Positions 28,601 to 37,686 of a stretch of DNA of 55,410 nucleotides are shown one piece after another. The DNA comes from a virus (taxonomy: Duplodnaviria; Caudoviricetes): positions 1-55,410 of IMG/VR virus record IMGVR_UViG_3300012920_000050; one strand, written 5' to 3'. Position 1 is the stretch's first letter. Each line of letters starts with the position of its first letter. The notes below the pieces were generated by a model. It worked only from the letters and a program-made list of their open reading frames with translations, was not told the origin of the DNA and ran no database searches. The translations under genes and the position numbers were made by a program.

Positions 28601-30700
28601 ATCGTTTGACCCTCCTTCAGTAGAAATAAAGAAAGCTATTTTTTTACCTTGAAAAGATTTGTCTTGACCAAACTCTTCATAGAACCTAAATTTAGTCAAA
28701 TCTTCGCTTCTACGATCTGCACTATTTTCAAAATGAGATTTCTCTAGCTTTATAGAAAAAGTATTACTATCGGAGTTATCAGAAGAAATTTTACATGAAA
28801 AACACCGAGGAAGCCCAGTTTTAGTTTCTATCGGATAGTCGGTTTCAACAAGCTCATCACAGTATTTAGCTATTCTATAGAGTTGCCACCTATCTATATC
28901 CCCCTCATCCAATCCAAACTTAGATATCCCAAACCTTGCATTGCTTAATATATCATAATATATCCACGCAGGGTTATCGGTCCACTCTTTATTCTCGTCA
29001 TCTATTGAATGTATAGACTCTGCAAGAGACTGTTGGCCCTTAAACAGTCCATCCCACGGCCCAATATATTCCCTTGTGTCTGGATTATAGTTGGTAGGAA
29101 CAAGAACCTTTTTCATTTTACAAAGATAAGACCTCTCTGGAACACTACTAAAGTTTTTACTATCGAACTTAATTTTAGCAATAGCAGAATGAGGGTACAA
29201 TACTTTTTCCATAATATAATCAGTTGCCCCAACAAACTCAATATTCCTTACCACACCAATTCCACCTATAGCCCCTCCGTCCACACTAGGATCAAGCTCT
29301 TTTGTAAGCTTAACTATTTTAAAAGTTACTCCCTTGGAAATATCTTTTGGGCGATCATATTCTACTAATACATCAAATTCGTAAGTACTAGTAGCTATTC
29401 CATGTATACTAAAACTGCCCCCGGCTGCAGTAAGCCCCACGTTAGGAGTTGTGACATCAATTTCATTGTCAGAAGAATTGGGGTCCGTTTCTTGAGTAGT
29501 AGTAGTTGGGCCGCGCAATGGATTAAAAGCATAGTCCCTAGCAACACAGCCAGAGGCGGGGTCATTTATATCAAACTCTTTCCCATCCTTTACTATTTTT
29601 ATAGCAAACTTAACAGTCTCGGCAACAGTAGCTCCAGACTTTTGTTGCCTCGAAACCCTAGCGCCAAAAGTTAGCCTTGTTCTGGTCACAAAAGGATTGG
29701 CAACGTAATGAGTTAAAATTTTTGCATTCTTTGCTATAGCAGCATCAAAAGTTGCAAGATGAGAATCATCTTTTGGTTCGCAGTAAGGTGGTGGTCCATG
29801 AAATGAAGTTCCATATTCGGTTAACAAAGGACTATATTCGCATAAATCATGAGTTTCTCCATTTTCCCCCAAAGTTAACTTGGGTTGTCCAGCCTCTCCC
29901 TCCTCATTTAATATAAAATTCAAGCTACCATCATTTTGCCCACTTGGATCATGATTTCTTATGGGGACATTATTTAAATAAATGCCTTCCCTAAGGTCTG
30001 TATCCAAAATTCTCCCAGTAGAAGACACTATTCCCGCTATTGGCCCTTCGGACAAAAGTTCGGTATATTCTATAGTTGAGAACGACTCCAACACCTTATG
30101 ACTTTTATCTCCCCCAGTGCCCTTAGATTTTATAATTGGTTTTGTAATTTTGTCTTGGCCAATATTAGTAGATCCTATCTTTAAAGTTCCATACCCCACA
30201 GGAACAGAAACTCCTTGATTAGCTCTATTCTGAGAGCCCTGCATAAGAAAAGACTTTGTGGTAGTAGGAGACTGTTGCTGCGGAGGTTTAAACAAAGACT
30301 TCATTATTGCTCCTACAACAAAAGCTACGACTATAGGTATAAGTATTGATCCTATGGTTATTTTTGTTCCCTCAATTAAAGTTATTGCCAAGAATGTAGA
30401 AACAGGTTCCGCGCCTTTAACTTGAGGCATTATATGAAGCTCTTCAGAAGAAAAGTTAATTTCAATACTCTTATCATCAATTACAGACTCCTGGAGTTCC
30501 TTCTTATTTTTTATTTTTGCGGGGTTTTTATTAAAAACGAAATACCTCACTCCCTCTTTTTCTTTTTTTAGCATGTAACTCAAAAAACCTTCACTATTTG
30601 ATTCTATTGCCGCAAAAGCCTCAGCAGGAGAGCGAACGCCAAGATTCCACTTTTTACCAAAGCGTTCTCCCAACCTTCCATATAAATATACCTTTTTCAC
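25658..30700 (-). CDS. lambda gpI-gpJ fusion (tail tip / central fibre, TipJ-like)
   Basis: VYLYGRLGERFG and QGVSVPVGYG (gpI); LLSEGPIAG, IYLNNVPI, YPHSA, WTDNPAWIYYDIL, YCDELV, EPRFTSN, TSQSQARRLAKW (gpJ). Confidence 0.9.
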   Translation of the reverse strand: MKKVYLYGRLGERFGKKWNLGVRSPAEAFAAIESNSEGFLSYMLKKEKEGVRYFVFNKNPAKIKNKKELQESVIDDKSIEINFSSEELHIMPQVKGAEPVSTFLAITLIEGTKITIGSILIPIVVAFVVGAIMKSLFKPPQQQSPTTTKSFLMQGSQNRANQGVSVPVGYGTLKIGSTNIGQDKITKPIIKSKGTGGDKSHKVLESFSTIEYTELLSEGPIAGIVSSTGRILDTDLREGIYLNNVPIRNHDPSGQNDGSLNFILNEEGEAGQPKLTLGENGETHDLCEYSPLLTEYGTSFHGPPPYCEPKDDSHLATFDAAIAKNAKILTHYVANPFVTRTRLTFGARVSRQQKSGATVAETVKFAIKIVKDGKEFDINDPASGCVARDYAFNPLRGPTTTTQETDPNSSDNEIDVTTPNVGLTAAGGSFSIHGIATSTYEFDVLVEYDRPKDISKGVTFKIVKLTKELDPSVDGGAIGGIGVVRNIEFVGATDYIMEKVLYPHSAIAKIKFDSKNFSSVPERSYLCKMKKVLVPTNYNPDTREYIGPWDGLFKGQQSLAESIHSIDDENKEWTDNPAWIYYDILSNARFGISKFGLDEGDIDRWQLYRIAKYCDELVETDYPIETKTGLPRCFSCKISSDNSDSNTFSIKLEKSHFENSADRRSEDLTKFRFYEEFGQDKSFQGKKIAFFISTEGGSNDEVRFRNSSFRKGEVIIEERTIVSSNCVENGELFDFIVELSGKPFSEGANGNTVLGACATQISHSIVEPRFTSNVYVTDRMKAIDLINQFASVFRGITAYYNGQIIAIQDSQKLPIALFNDSNVSAEGFSYSGITKDQKVTTSLVRYNNKDNHYRTDVVIEESPEAVNKFGYREEETLGFGITSQSQARRLAKWVIFTTQLEIETINFKSGIESSYLFPGAIFEVSDEARSGQNKSGRILRVQVKDQLPEQNLSEYQRTCLLLDKNTISEPFNGEPEITIAVASPNSEVEKIEKRARFERSSEDQDAEIESIFAPQILRFKCRLGQGYSLAIGREDKIIDPGPQGQTLVAEDLRFKSGFIMNLEKNLFNVFNHGFEDGDIISFETDGVLPRGLSLGAPYTIVSRTKNTFKVTNKLVKSTLVEGAIESLGFYPLFLHESSAENAKNNLGEPVGNGSAEDVIVGNKTYYRPAGLVVGLNRFDGDFVINLSSEGFDSLGNIGGSHFIVTESERINQNALDKISVGSAWSLKGRPSGSGGGEHEGIESQVKAFLEINEELTGAWAYSDFLGLCYFAGQKVKGSDWFYSANLGFWVYAPPVSDNPSQATWLWFSDLQRWVWIKPKGVSPSGQPENFRHWWHIMGEGWLYVYYDEAPERAFLYTENPADKGTKFRIGELLVTCDRKYTSNPKGALFKWPGTPNLIDPQTAKSVHDSSPTEDIIDNAMQSEEFVGINLSKIQIKDEGGRRFVVVHLQTIRNIDLQLSDGEFVWIRPPGGVHDPGQDIPLISGLYNLDGSGNGTERERGKNDYWVVKKINENEFELEDSGLVADFFLANKFDTTIFDFEAYVNAHQDLVDEWNNDMPIGGINYTDKESWGSAHWQVHGEGEGRSPAPLKKLREGTRIMYINSAIKISSDRLEGQLFRTMSVKESEGGMNEITGLEFVSSKFDAIDKKNKVIRPRIPIPPQESMEIPDGPTNLILTDLTL

Positions 30701-30720
30701 TATGCCTTATTCCTATGTAT

Positions 30721-31047
30721 CTATACACTTACATTTTCATATAAAAAGAAACTATCTTCTTTTATACTATAAATCAAGAAAGGTACCTCAAGTTCATCAG
30801 AATAAATCATATCCTGCCTAGAAGGATGGGCAGATGATTCAGTATGAGAATGAAAAACACATTTTACATTATTATCTATAAAAACATACGGATCAATAAC
30901 AAACTCATACCTAGGATTATTACTTTTATTTTCACATTTTAAAAAATAAATTTTTTTGTTTAACTCGCAAAAAAGCCCGCAAGATTCTACATCCGGATTG
31001 GATAAGGAGCAATTTTTGGCTATATTTAACTCCTCTTCAGGAATCAC
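30721..31047 (-). CDS. gpK-like JAB/MPN protein lacking the NlpC/P60 domain
   Basis: ESCG, FHSHT...PSRQD; position between L and I; start revised to GTG 31047, 1 nt after the gpL stop. Confidence 0.85.
   Translation of the reverse strand: MIPEEELNIAKNCSLSNPDVESCGLFCELNKKIYFLKCENKSNNPRYEFVIDPYVFIDNNVKCVFHSHTESSAHPSRQDMIYSDELEVPFLIYSIKEDSFFLYENVSV
30722..30728 (-). promoter_or_regulatory. GTGTA putative late promoter
   Basis: GTGTATA 23 nt before GTG 30700, followed by GGAATAAGG. Confidence 0.5.
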
Positions 31048-31048
31048 T

Positions 31049-32377
31049 CTAAGCAGGTCTATGCTTGTCTGTTCCAGGAAAACCTCCAAACCTCAAACCA
31101 GAATCGTCTGCAGAGTTATAGTTTTTAGACTCAATCTCACTCGCTTCGTTTTCTCCAGGTAGTCTCAAAGTAACTCTTCCAATCTTGGGCATTGGCTTGC
31201 GAGTTTCTTCGGATTTTCCATGGGCCAACCAATGAGCTTTACCCCAATCATACTTATTATCATATTTAATGCCTCGAATTGCCTCTTCTTCATTATAGTC
31301 TTTAATTAAATCATCATGAATATCTACGTATTTTTCATAATCATTTTCTTGTATAAATATAGGGTCAGATGAAAATCTTTTTTTGCAAGCACCAAGTGTC
31401 TTATTGCATTCATCCTTTTGCCAGAAATGCTTATCGAAAAACGGGTGATGGTCTTTAGCAAACACGTGCGTCTGAACGCACACATACACTAAGGGAGTTT
31501 GCTGGTAAGGGTTTGTAGCGTTCGCTGTAGTTATTCTAACAATATCTCCAAGATTATATCCCTGTAAAGAGTTCTCTGTTCCGTTTTTTCCAAAGCGACT
31601 CCACTCTGGTACATCTGCCATCCCATTTGGATACTCTCTATAATCAACAAAACCAGGGTGTCTAGCCCTAGAATTTGGGTCAGAAGAAGAATTAAACCCA
31701 AAGATTAGCGAATTTTCTTCTACAGTCTCAATAGGAAGCCCTCTATACCCACATCCGATAGAACATCTGTACACCCACCCACAGTGATTAGGCATAACAA
31801 TCCTTGCGGGCGCTTCTGCATTACTAAGCTCAAGAGCAGAGACTAGCTCAAATTGTATAACATTTTTTGTTTCAGAGGTTTTTCTATTTATATAATAAAC
31901 ATCGTCGCCAAAATGAGAATTTGGATCGGCTTCTCCAAAAGGATTTTTACCATCTTGATTTTTAGTGTTTGGATCTATAAAATTATCATCGTCGATAAAC
32001 TTGGCAAAAGTTCTTTTTCTAGTTACCTTGCAGTTAGCAAAGTCATGATTGGAGTGAACTATCTTAGAAAGAAGCCCTTCTGGATTTGCTATAGCTAATT
32101 TAGGCCTAGGTAATCTACCATCTCCTTGTTGCTCAAACCCGTCTGATTCGATAGGTAAAGGTTGGTATGCATTTCCTTGCCAAAAAACTGGATTGGAAGA
32201 GTTTTTCATGGGGCAAAACCTGTAAACCGTATCAGCGCCTATATTAATTCCAGCAAGATCAGACATCATCTCAAAATTTGCCTGTAAATTACTAAAATCT
32301 ATTTCATAAAACTCTAAGATCGCATCGGGAGAAATGCTGAACATTTCTTTATTAAAATTTGAACTAGCCTTGGACAT
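31049..32377 (-). CDS. lambda gpL-like minor tail protein
   Basis: WQGNAYQPLPI, GRLPRPKL, KVTRKRTFAKF, CGWVYR...CGYRG, C.K...ACKKRF, FGGFPG. Confidence 0.92.
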   Translation of the reverse strand: MSKASSNFNKEMFSISPDAILEFYEIDFSNLQANFEMMSDLAGINIGADTVYRFCPMKNSSNPVFWQGNAYQPLPIESDGFEQQGDGRLPRPKLAIANPEGLLSKIVHSNHDFANCKVTRKRTFAKFIDDDNFIDPNTKNQDGKNPFGEADPNSHFGDDVYYINRKTSETKNVIQFELVSALELSNAEAPARIVMPNHCGWVYRCSIGCGYRGLPIETVEENSLIFGFNSSSDPNSRARHPGFVDYREYPNGMADVPEWSRFGKNGTENSLQGYNLGDIVRITTANATNPYQQTPLVYVCVQTHVFAKDHHPFFDKHFWQKDECNKTLGACKKRFSSDPIFIQENDYEKYVDIHDDLIKDYNEEEAIRGIKYDNKYDWGKAHWLAHGKSEETRKPMPKIGRVTLRLPGENEASEIESKNYNSADDSGLRFGGFPGTDKHRPA

Positions 32378-32387
32378 AATTGTGTTT

Positions 32388-33143
32388 TTAAAATTCTCGG
32401 GTGTCTGGTTCTATAAAAACCTTCAAGTCTGCATACTGAGGAGAGTATTCGTCTGTGCTCGATATAACTACTGCTCCATAAAAGTATTTTCCATTTAGAC
32501 CAGATTTAAATTTTGTTCCTGGCGCAATATCCGAACCAACTAGATTTGGTACGACTTTTGGTAGGGTAATGGTAAAGGTTCCATTATTTCCAGATCCAAA
32601 TTTATTATTAAAATAATTGCGCATATTGGAATCCACAAAGCTTCCGGTTCCAAGGAGATCTATTGTTACGGTTATAGTTGGGGAAACGGAAAGATCACTA
32701 TATGTTGCAGCAAATGCCTGAGTAGAAATGCCTGCCGGATGTCCATGCTCGGACCCAATTCCCTGAACCCTTGGCGCGTTTACCACATTTGCGCCCCAGT
32801 CTATTCTAGTTATTGCCACCTTTTCAATTGGTTCCGTTTCTTGCGGATCGCTTGGGTCGGGCTGCGTTCCGAAACCTCTCATCATAGGCGCATCCATCGA
32901 CCTAAAAGCCCAACATCCAGGCTGCCTAGAATTTTTTGGATGATTTATAATTGGAGCTGTAGTATCTGGCCCTTGATAGCAAAGAATCATTTGCAATCTA
33001 TTACCATAGTTGTAATTATACTGATGAAAAAAAGAATTACCATGAGCTCCAGCGGGGACGTAAACATGCCCATTAGATTCTCTTTTTACCGAGTGGTTTC
33101 TGGTAACAGGATAGGGATCAAACTCTATAAAAGGTACGCTCAT
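32388..33143 (-). CDS. hypothetical tail-associated protein
   Basis: 251-aa ORF between gpM-like and gpL genes, with its own GTGTA motif. Confidence 0.7.
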   Translation of the reverse strand: MSVPFIEFDPYPVTRNHSVKRESNGHVYVPAGAHGNSFFHQYNYNYGNRLQMILCYQGPDTTAPIINHPKNSRQPGCWAFRSMDAPMMRGFGTQPDPSDPQETEPIEKVAITRIDWGANVVNAPRVQGIGSEHGHPAGISTQAFAATYSDLSVSPTITVTIDLLGTGSFVDSNMRNYFNNKFGSGNNGTFTITLPKVVPNLVGSDIAPGTKFKSGLNGKYFYGAVVISSTDEYSPQYADLKVFIEPDTREF

Positions 33144-33150
33144 ATTTTTT

Positions 33151-33157
33151 ATTACAC
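33151..33157 (-). promoter_or_regulatory. GTGTA putative late promoter
   Basis: GTGTAAT 9 nt before ATG 33143. Confidence 0.6.
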
Positions 33158-33168
33158 CAAGCCTCTAA

Positions 33169-35868
33169 CTACAGTTCTATTCCGAAAGCCTCACCATCTA
33201 TTTCGCCGGGCGACTGAAAAACAATATCGATATATGCAGTCTTTCCTCCATCAATAGATGAGGTAAATTTTGTTTTAAATAAATTCTCCACCACAAATGC
33301 CTCTGAGTATTCAAGATTTTTTTCGTGCCCCTGAGTTACTTCTTTTATGTACCCAAGATTGTTCTGGAAATATACAACATTAACACTCAAATTCCTAAAG
33401 CTTTTTGTTTCGTGAGCGAACGGACCAGAATCATCATTTGGATCGCTATTAAGATTTATCATTGTATAAAAAAACTGGCCACCTCTAGGGCCATCTTCGT
33501 AGGTTTTATTAATTTTCACCCACTTATTATTTAACGAAAAAGGGTACACTGGGAAAGTATTTGGTATTTTTACTATATAATCATTTGCAGGCGTGTCATC
33601 AAGAACCGCGGGGCAGTTATTGCCCTGTTGTCCCAATATAGTAAAGGCTCCCATAGGATAATGCTCAGCTGGATTCGCTTTAAAATTAATTACCCTATCC
33701 TCAAACTTTCCAAAAATTTCATAATGAGCCCTACCCCAGTCTTTTTTTTCGGGATAAGAAACTCCTTCTACCTCTGGGTTTTCTGAGAAGTGAGAAGATA
33801 AATCAGGATGACCATCGACATAAGCTTCGTAATCATAATTTGGAAACCCTTCGGCTATTCGGTCTCCACCTGCAACAGCGCCACTTAAAGTAACTGGCTT
33901 TTCCCCTATGTTTTCTATTCTTAACCTTGCTTTTATTTTTTCACCAGGGTCCAACGCTTCCTCTACAATATCTCTTGAGAGGCAAACGGGAGAAGTAAAA
34001 ACTAACATCCCGTCAGATTTTTTTGAAGGAGTAATTAAATCTTCATAATCTGAAGCGCTCAAGTTAAACGGAAACTGAACAAAGCTCGCGGAGATATCAT
34101 GGTTATCCTTAAAATTATACGTATGAGACCATTTTTCGCAAATAAAATTTTTAATTTTATCGTATGGAGCTGGAGGGCTAAACTCAAAGGGAATATATCC
34201 AAGCTTCTGCTCTAAGAAATGAAGTATCGCTCGAGCCTCTTTGTCGTCTCTGTTTTTAAAATTTAAATCCAAAGTTAGCAAATTTTCATTAATTCCATCG
34301 GAGTATAATTGAGTATATCCATTTTTAAAGGACATGTTACTCATTCGCGGATTTTGTGAAACAGTCAAACCCAAAGATGGCTTCCAGAAAAACTTTCTGG
34401 TCCAGTGATATCTTACGACATTTCTATTTTCAAATTGACCGTAAATTCTGTAATGAGCACGCCCCCAATCTTTTTTCAGGGGATAACTTATTCCATTAAC
34501 AGTTGGGTTAGTTTGAAAGTGTCCGAGCAAATCTTGGTGAGTGTCCACATAAAGCTCATAGTCAATATCTAAATCAGAGAAATAACCACGCTCCCTAGTC
34601 CACTCTGGATTTTTTTCTGCAGGAGGTTGGTGGCTTAAAGAGTCGGGGCCTATATCCTCCCAATTATTTGAGCCTTGAGCAGGATTGTCGAAATTAGGCG
34701 AGACAAGGCTCTTATATATTCTTCCATTTAAAGTTACTTTGACCCCAACGTTATAACCGACCGCAGAATCGTATTCTGCATCTAATACCACAGGATTTTC
34801 TCCGCTCCAGTAATAATACTGCATGTTTCCGGTATATAAAACAAAATCATTTTTTTCATACTCAGATGTATTATCGTAAGCCTCTCCACCTCCAATAATC
34901 CAACCCCCTTGAACAGTTTTTCTCAGCATAGAGTCTTCCAAGCTTCGCAGCTTTAATGAAATGTCATTGCTGTTTTCAAACGAAAGAGTGTGACTTATGT
35001 CTGTGCAGTAAAAAGTTTTAGATTGATTTTCTATATGATCATAAGGATGAAAACAAGAGTCTCCTCCCCATCTAAACCCAGATATTCCCTGCTTGTAAAG
35101 AAGGTTTGGAGAAGGCCGATCTTTTTCTAGTTGTCCAAGATGGTTTTCGACGAAATGAACTATCGAATTAGCCTCTCTGTTGGATCTATTTTTAAACTGC
35201 ATATCGACGGTCATGCCTAAAGAATTTATTCCTTTGGGGCGAACTTGAAAATATCCGTTTCCAAACATGTTTCTAAAATTATTCGCCTGAAAATTTACTG
35301 TGGTTCCATAATCTGGATCAAAAAAGAATTCGTCTTTAACCCACAGAGCTTCATCGGCAGAAGGATCAACGGGCATTGTGGATATTTTTATTTCGTCATT
35401 TGACGGAAATTCTGTATCTTTAATACTAAAATTATCAGAAACAGGAGAAACCTCTATCAAGGTGCCAGTAACTTCATTTGTGAATCCTAGATTCAATCTT
35501 TTATCCGTGACATAAGGATGCTCGTCTACAACGCCGACCCTAATTTTTGATATAGAATAAAGCCCATCTGAGTTACTATTAGAGCCTTCTATTTTTATTA
35601 CATTTCCCTCATTTAAACTATGAGAAGCATTAAAAGTATCTACAATAAATGGAGACGGAAAACCTTGAGCGTCAACCAAAGCAAATCTATTTGAATCAGA
35701 AACAGATGTAGATCCTCCAGAAATTAGATCTTCCTTCGCGTAATAATACAAACCGTCACCAGTATTATATACAAAGTCAAATTTTTTGTAATTGTTGCTT
35801 GGATTAAATATTCCACTATAAGTTTTTATGTGGCCAAGTCGAGATTGATATATGTACGAGTTGTCCAT
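33169..35868 (-). CDS. minor tail protein with two lambda gpM-like domains, CBM-like inserts and a C-terminal Ig-like domain
   Basis: FGNGYFQVRPKGINSL...FKNRSNREANSIVHF and FKNGYTQLYSDGINENL...FKNRDDKEARAILHFLEQKLG. Confidence 0.8.
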   Translation of the reverse strand: MDNSYIYQSRLGHIKTYSGIFNPSNNYKKFDFVYNTGDGLYYYAKEDLISGGSTSVSDSNRFALVDAQGFPSPFIVDTFNASHSLNEGNVIKIEGSNSNSDGLYSISKIRVGVVDEHPYVTDKRLNLGFTNEVTGTLIEVSPVSDNFSIKDTEFPSNDEIKISTMPVDPSADEALWVKDEFFFDPDYGTTVNFQANNFRNMFGNGYFQVRPKGINSLGMTVDMQFKNRSNREANSIVHFVENHLGQLEKDRPSPNLLYKQGISGFRWGGDSCFHPYDHIENQSKTFYCTDISHTLSFENSNDISLKLRSLEDSMLRKTVQGGWIIGGGEAYDNTSEYEKNDFVLYTGNMQYYYWSGENPVVLDAEYDSAVGYNVGVKVTLNGRIYKSLVSPNFDNPAQGSNNWEDIGPDSLSHQPPAEKNPEWTRERGYFSDLDIDYELYVDTHQDLLGHFQTNPTVNGISYPLKKDWGRAHYRIYGQFENRNVVRYHWTRKFFWKPSLGLTVSQNPRMSNMSFKNGYTQLYSDGINENLLTLDLNFKNRDDKEARAILHFLEQKLGYIPFEFSPPAPYDKIKNFICEKWSHTYNFKDNHDISASFVQFPFNLSASDYEDLITPSKKSDGMLVFTSPVCLSRDIVEEALDPGEKIKARLRIENIGEKPVTLSGAVAGGDRIAEGFPNYDYEAYVDGHPDLSSHFSENPEVEGVSYPEKKDWGRAHYEIFGKFEDRVINFKANPAEHYPMGAFTILGQQGNNCPAVLDDTPANDYIVKIPNTFPVYPFSLNNKWVKINKTYEDGPRGGQFFYTMINLNSDPNDDSGPFAHETKSFRNLSVNVVYFQNNLGYIKEVTQGHEKNLEYSEAFVVENLFKTKFTSSIDGGKTAYIDIVFQSPGEIDGEAFGIEL

Positions 35869-35869
35869 A

Positions 35870-36796
35870 TTACTTTATTATTTGCTTTATTGCAATTTTT
35901 CCCTTGGCATAATTTCCCTCTGAAATTCCAACAGATTGCTCCATAACTTTACCCTCGCACTTGAAACTCGCTATTCTTTTTCCTTTCATGGAATACAAAA
36001 ATGCAGATGCAGAAGAGTCCCTGTTCGCTTCAGAAGGTCTTATGCTTGCTGACTGAAACTCTCCATAAGGATTTAATTTTTGAACAATATCGTTTCCCTC
36101 TAAAGACATAGACGCTTCAATTTTTTCAACAGAAACCCTTTGTGGCGCCGCACCATTTGCACTCGTTGCCACCCTACTATGCTCTGCATCTCTTATATGA
36201 TAATGAGGTTTTCTCTCCACTCTTATATTATAGTCCAACTGAGAAACTTCAAACGGTCTACCGTTAGCTGCGGACATTGATGTATTACTAACTTCTATTT
36301 TTCCGAAAGACTTTAGTCCATGCGCAGGATCTATACTTAACTTTTGAAACCTTCTGTCTACAGTCTTATGTATTGTTCCGTATATACTATAGCTAGCTCT
36401 TGCCTCAATAATCTTATAAGGAGCCAAACTAAAACTAAAATTATCCAAATACATATCATTAAAAAAATATCTTCCAACAATATTTCCATCAATAGATTCT
36501 TCACTCATACCATCTCTTATATCAAATAAAACATTAATATCATTTACCAAATTACTGTCAACATCAAATGTTTCATCTATAATCATAAATGTAATATCTA
36601 ATTTTCCTGTAATACCGCCTCTTGGCGAGAAGTCTACAAACTCTGTTTTTGCGCCCATCAAATCAAGATCAAAATCACCATAAACTCTTTCTGGCTCGAG
36701 CTGAGGAGCAATAGAAAGATTTGCCGACCTTACCATAAGATCTTTATTTCCAAGAGAAATTTTTCCGTTTTCAAATCTTAAAAAAGGCTTACTCAT
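35870..36796 (-). CDS. tail tube-like structural protein (paralog)
   Basis: Beta-rich and internally two-fold; VRSANLSI, YLDNFSFS; lies between TMP and gpM. Confidence 0.5.
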   Translation of the reverse strand: MSKPFLRFENGKISLGNKDLMVRSANLSIAPQLEPERVYGDFDLDLMGAKTEFVDFSPRGGITGKLDITFMIIDETFDVDSNLVNDINVLFDIRDGMSEESIDGNIVGRYFFNDMYLDNFSFSLAPYKIIEARASYSIYGTIHKTVDRRFQKLSIDPAHGLKSFGKIEVSNTSMSAANGRPFEVSQLDYNIRVERKPHYHIRDAEHSRVATSANGAAPQRVSVEKIEASMSLEGNDIVQKLNPYGEFQSASIRPSEANRDSSASAFLYSMKGKRIASFKCEGKVMEQSVGISEGNYAKGKIAIKQIIK

Positions 36797-37686
36797 GACA
36801 CTGGATTATGCAAAGGCTCGTAACCTTTATAAGTTAAAGAGACAGACATTTCTCCCTCAACAGAAGAACTTATAGACTCGGAAATTAGTCTTACATTTTC
36901 TCCAGTAAAAGAATTAATCATTTCGTTTGTTTTAGAATCGCGCATCTCTATTTTTAAATTTGTTTTTGGAGCAGCCTGAATTCTTGTTTTCATTTCTCGA
37001 ATCTCATACTCATTTACTATCATGGTAAAATTTATATCTGTTTCAATCGGATATTGAGTATCAACCTGAACTGGCGCCAAGTTTTTCATGTCAAAATTAC
37101 TATCCAAATCAGGATCAAAATCAGTAATATCTCCTTGATGAATTGCATATACAGGTCTTAAATTTATTGCGCGACTATAACTAAAATCAGTTATTGCATC
37201 TGTGCTAAAATCGTCAACAGAAATTGATACGCTAGATTGATCAGGAAACTGCATCGGAGGATGGTCGATCAAAGGAGAACCAAGATGAGGCATCACCCCA
37301 CTGCCAAATTCTCCATAAACAGTTATATCGGTATCAACTGTAGGTAAACCCCCAACCGTACAGCTTACAGAATATCGGTTTATTCTGCCCTTGGTAAAGC
37401 CAAAGCCTTTTGTTTGATTGTCGTACAATATTGCCCCACTTATTTCGTGTTCATCATACAAGTATTTTCCACCTGGACTTAACTCCGCCAAAGGATCTCT
37501 GCTAACCATTGTTCTGGATATTCTAAAATTACCCTCAAGCGGAGCATCTGGAAAGGCGTCAATAAACCCAACGCCTGCGACGCGCACTGGATTTTCCGTT
37601 ATTCCGTAACTTCCCTCTACGCTTTGAACTCCTGACAAAGCAACAGATTCTATGATAACAGTTTGTTCATAATTTGAATAGCTCAT
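36793..37686 (-). CDS. tail tube-like structural protein (paralog)
   Basis: LSGVQSVEGSY, INRYSVSCTVGGLPT, QYPIE and LISESISSSV align with the major tail protein at 48533. Confidence 0.6.
   Translation of the reverse strand: MSYSNYEQTVIIESVALSGVQSVEGSYGITENPVRVAGVGFIDAFPDAPLEGNFRISRTMVSRDPLAELSPGGKYLYDEHEISGAILYDNQTKGFGFTKGRINRYSVSCTVGGLPTVDTDITVYGEFGSGVMPHLGSPLIDHPPMQFPDQSSVSISVDDFSTDAITDFSYSRAINLRPVYAIHQGDITDFDPDLDSNFDMKNLAPVQVDTQYPIETDINFTMIVNEYEIREMKTRIQAAPKTNLKIEMRDSKTNEMINSFTGENVRLISESISSSVEGEMSVSLTYKGYEPLHNPVS

Noticed and set aside
17751-30700. Diversity-generating retroelement acting on the fibres
   Set aside because: No reverse transcriptase and no TR/VR pair differing at adenines was seen in the window
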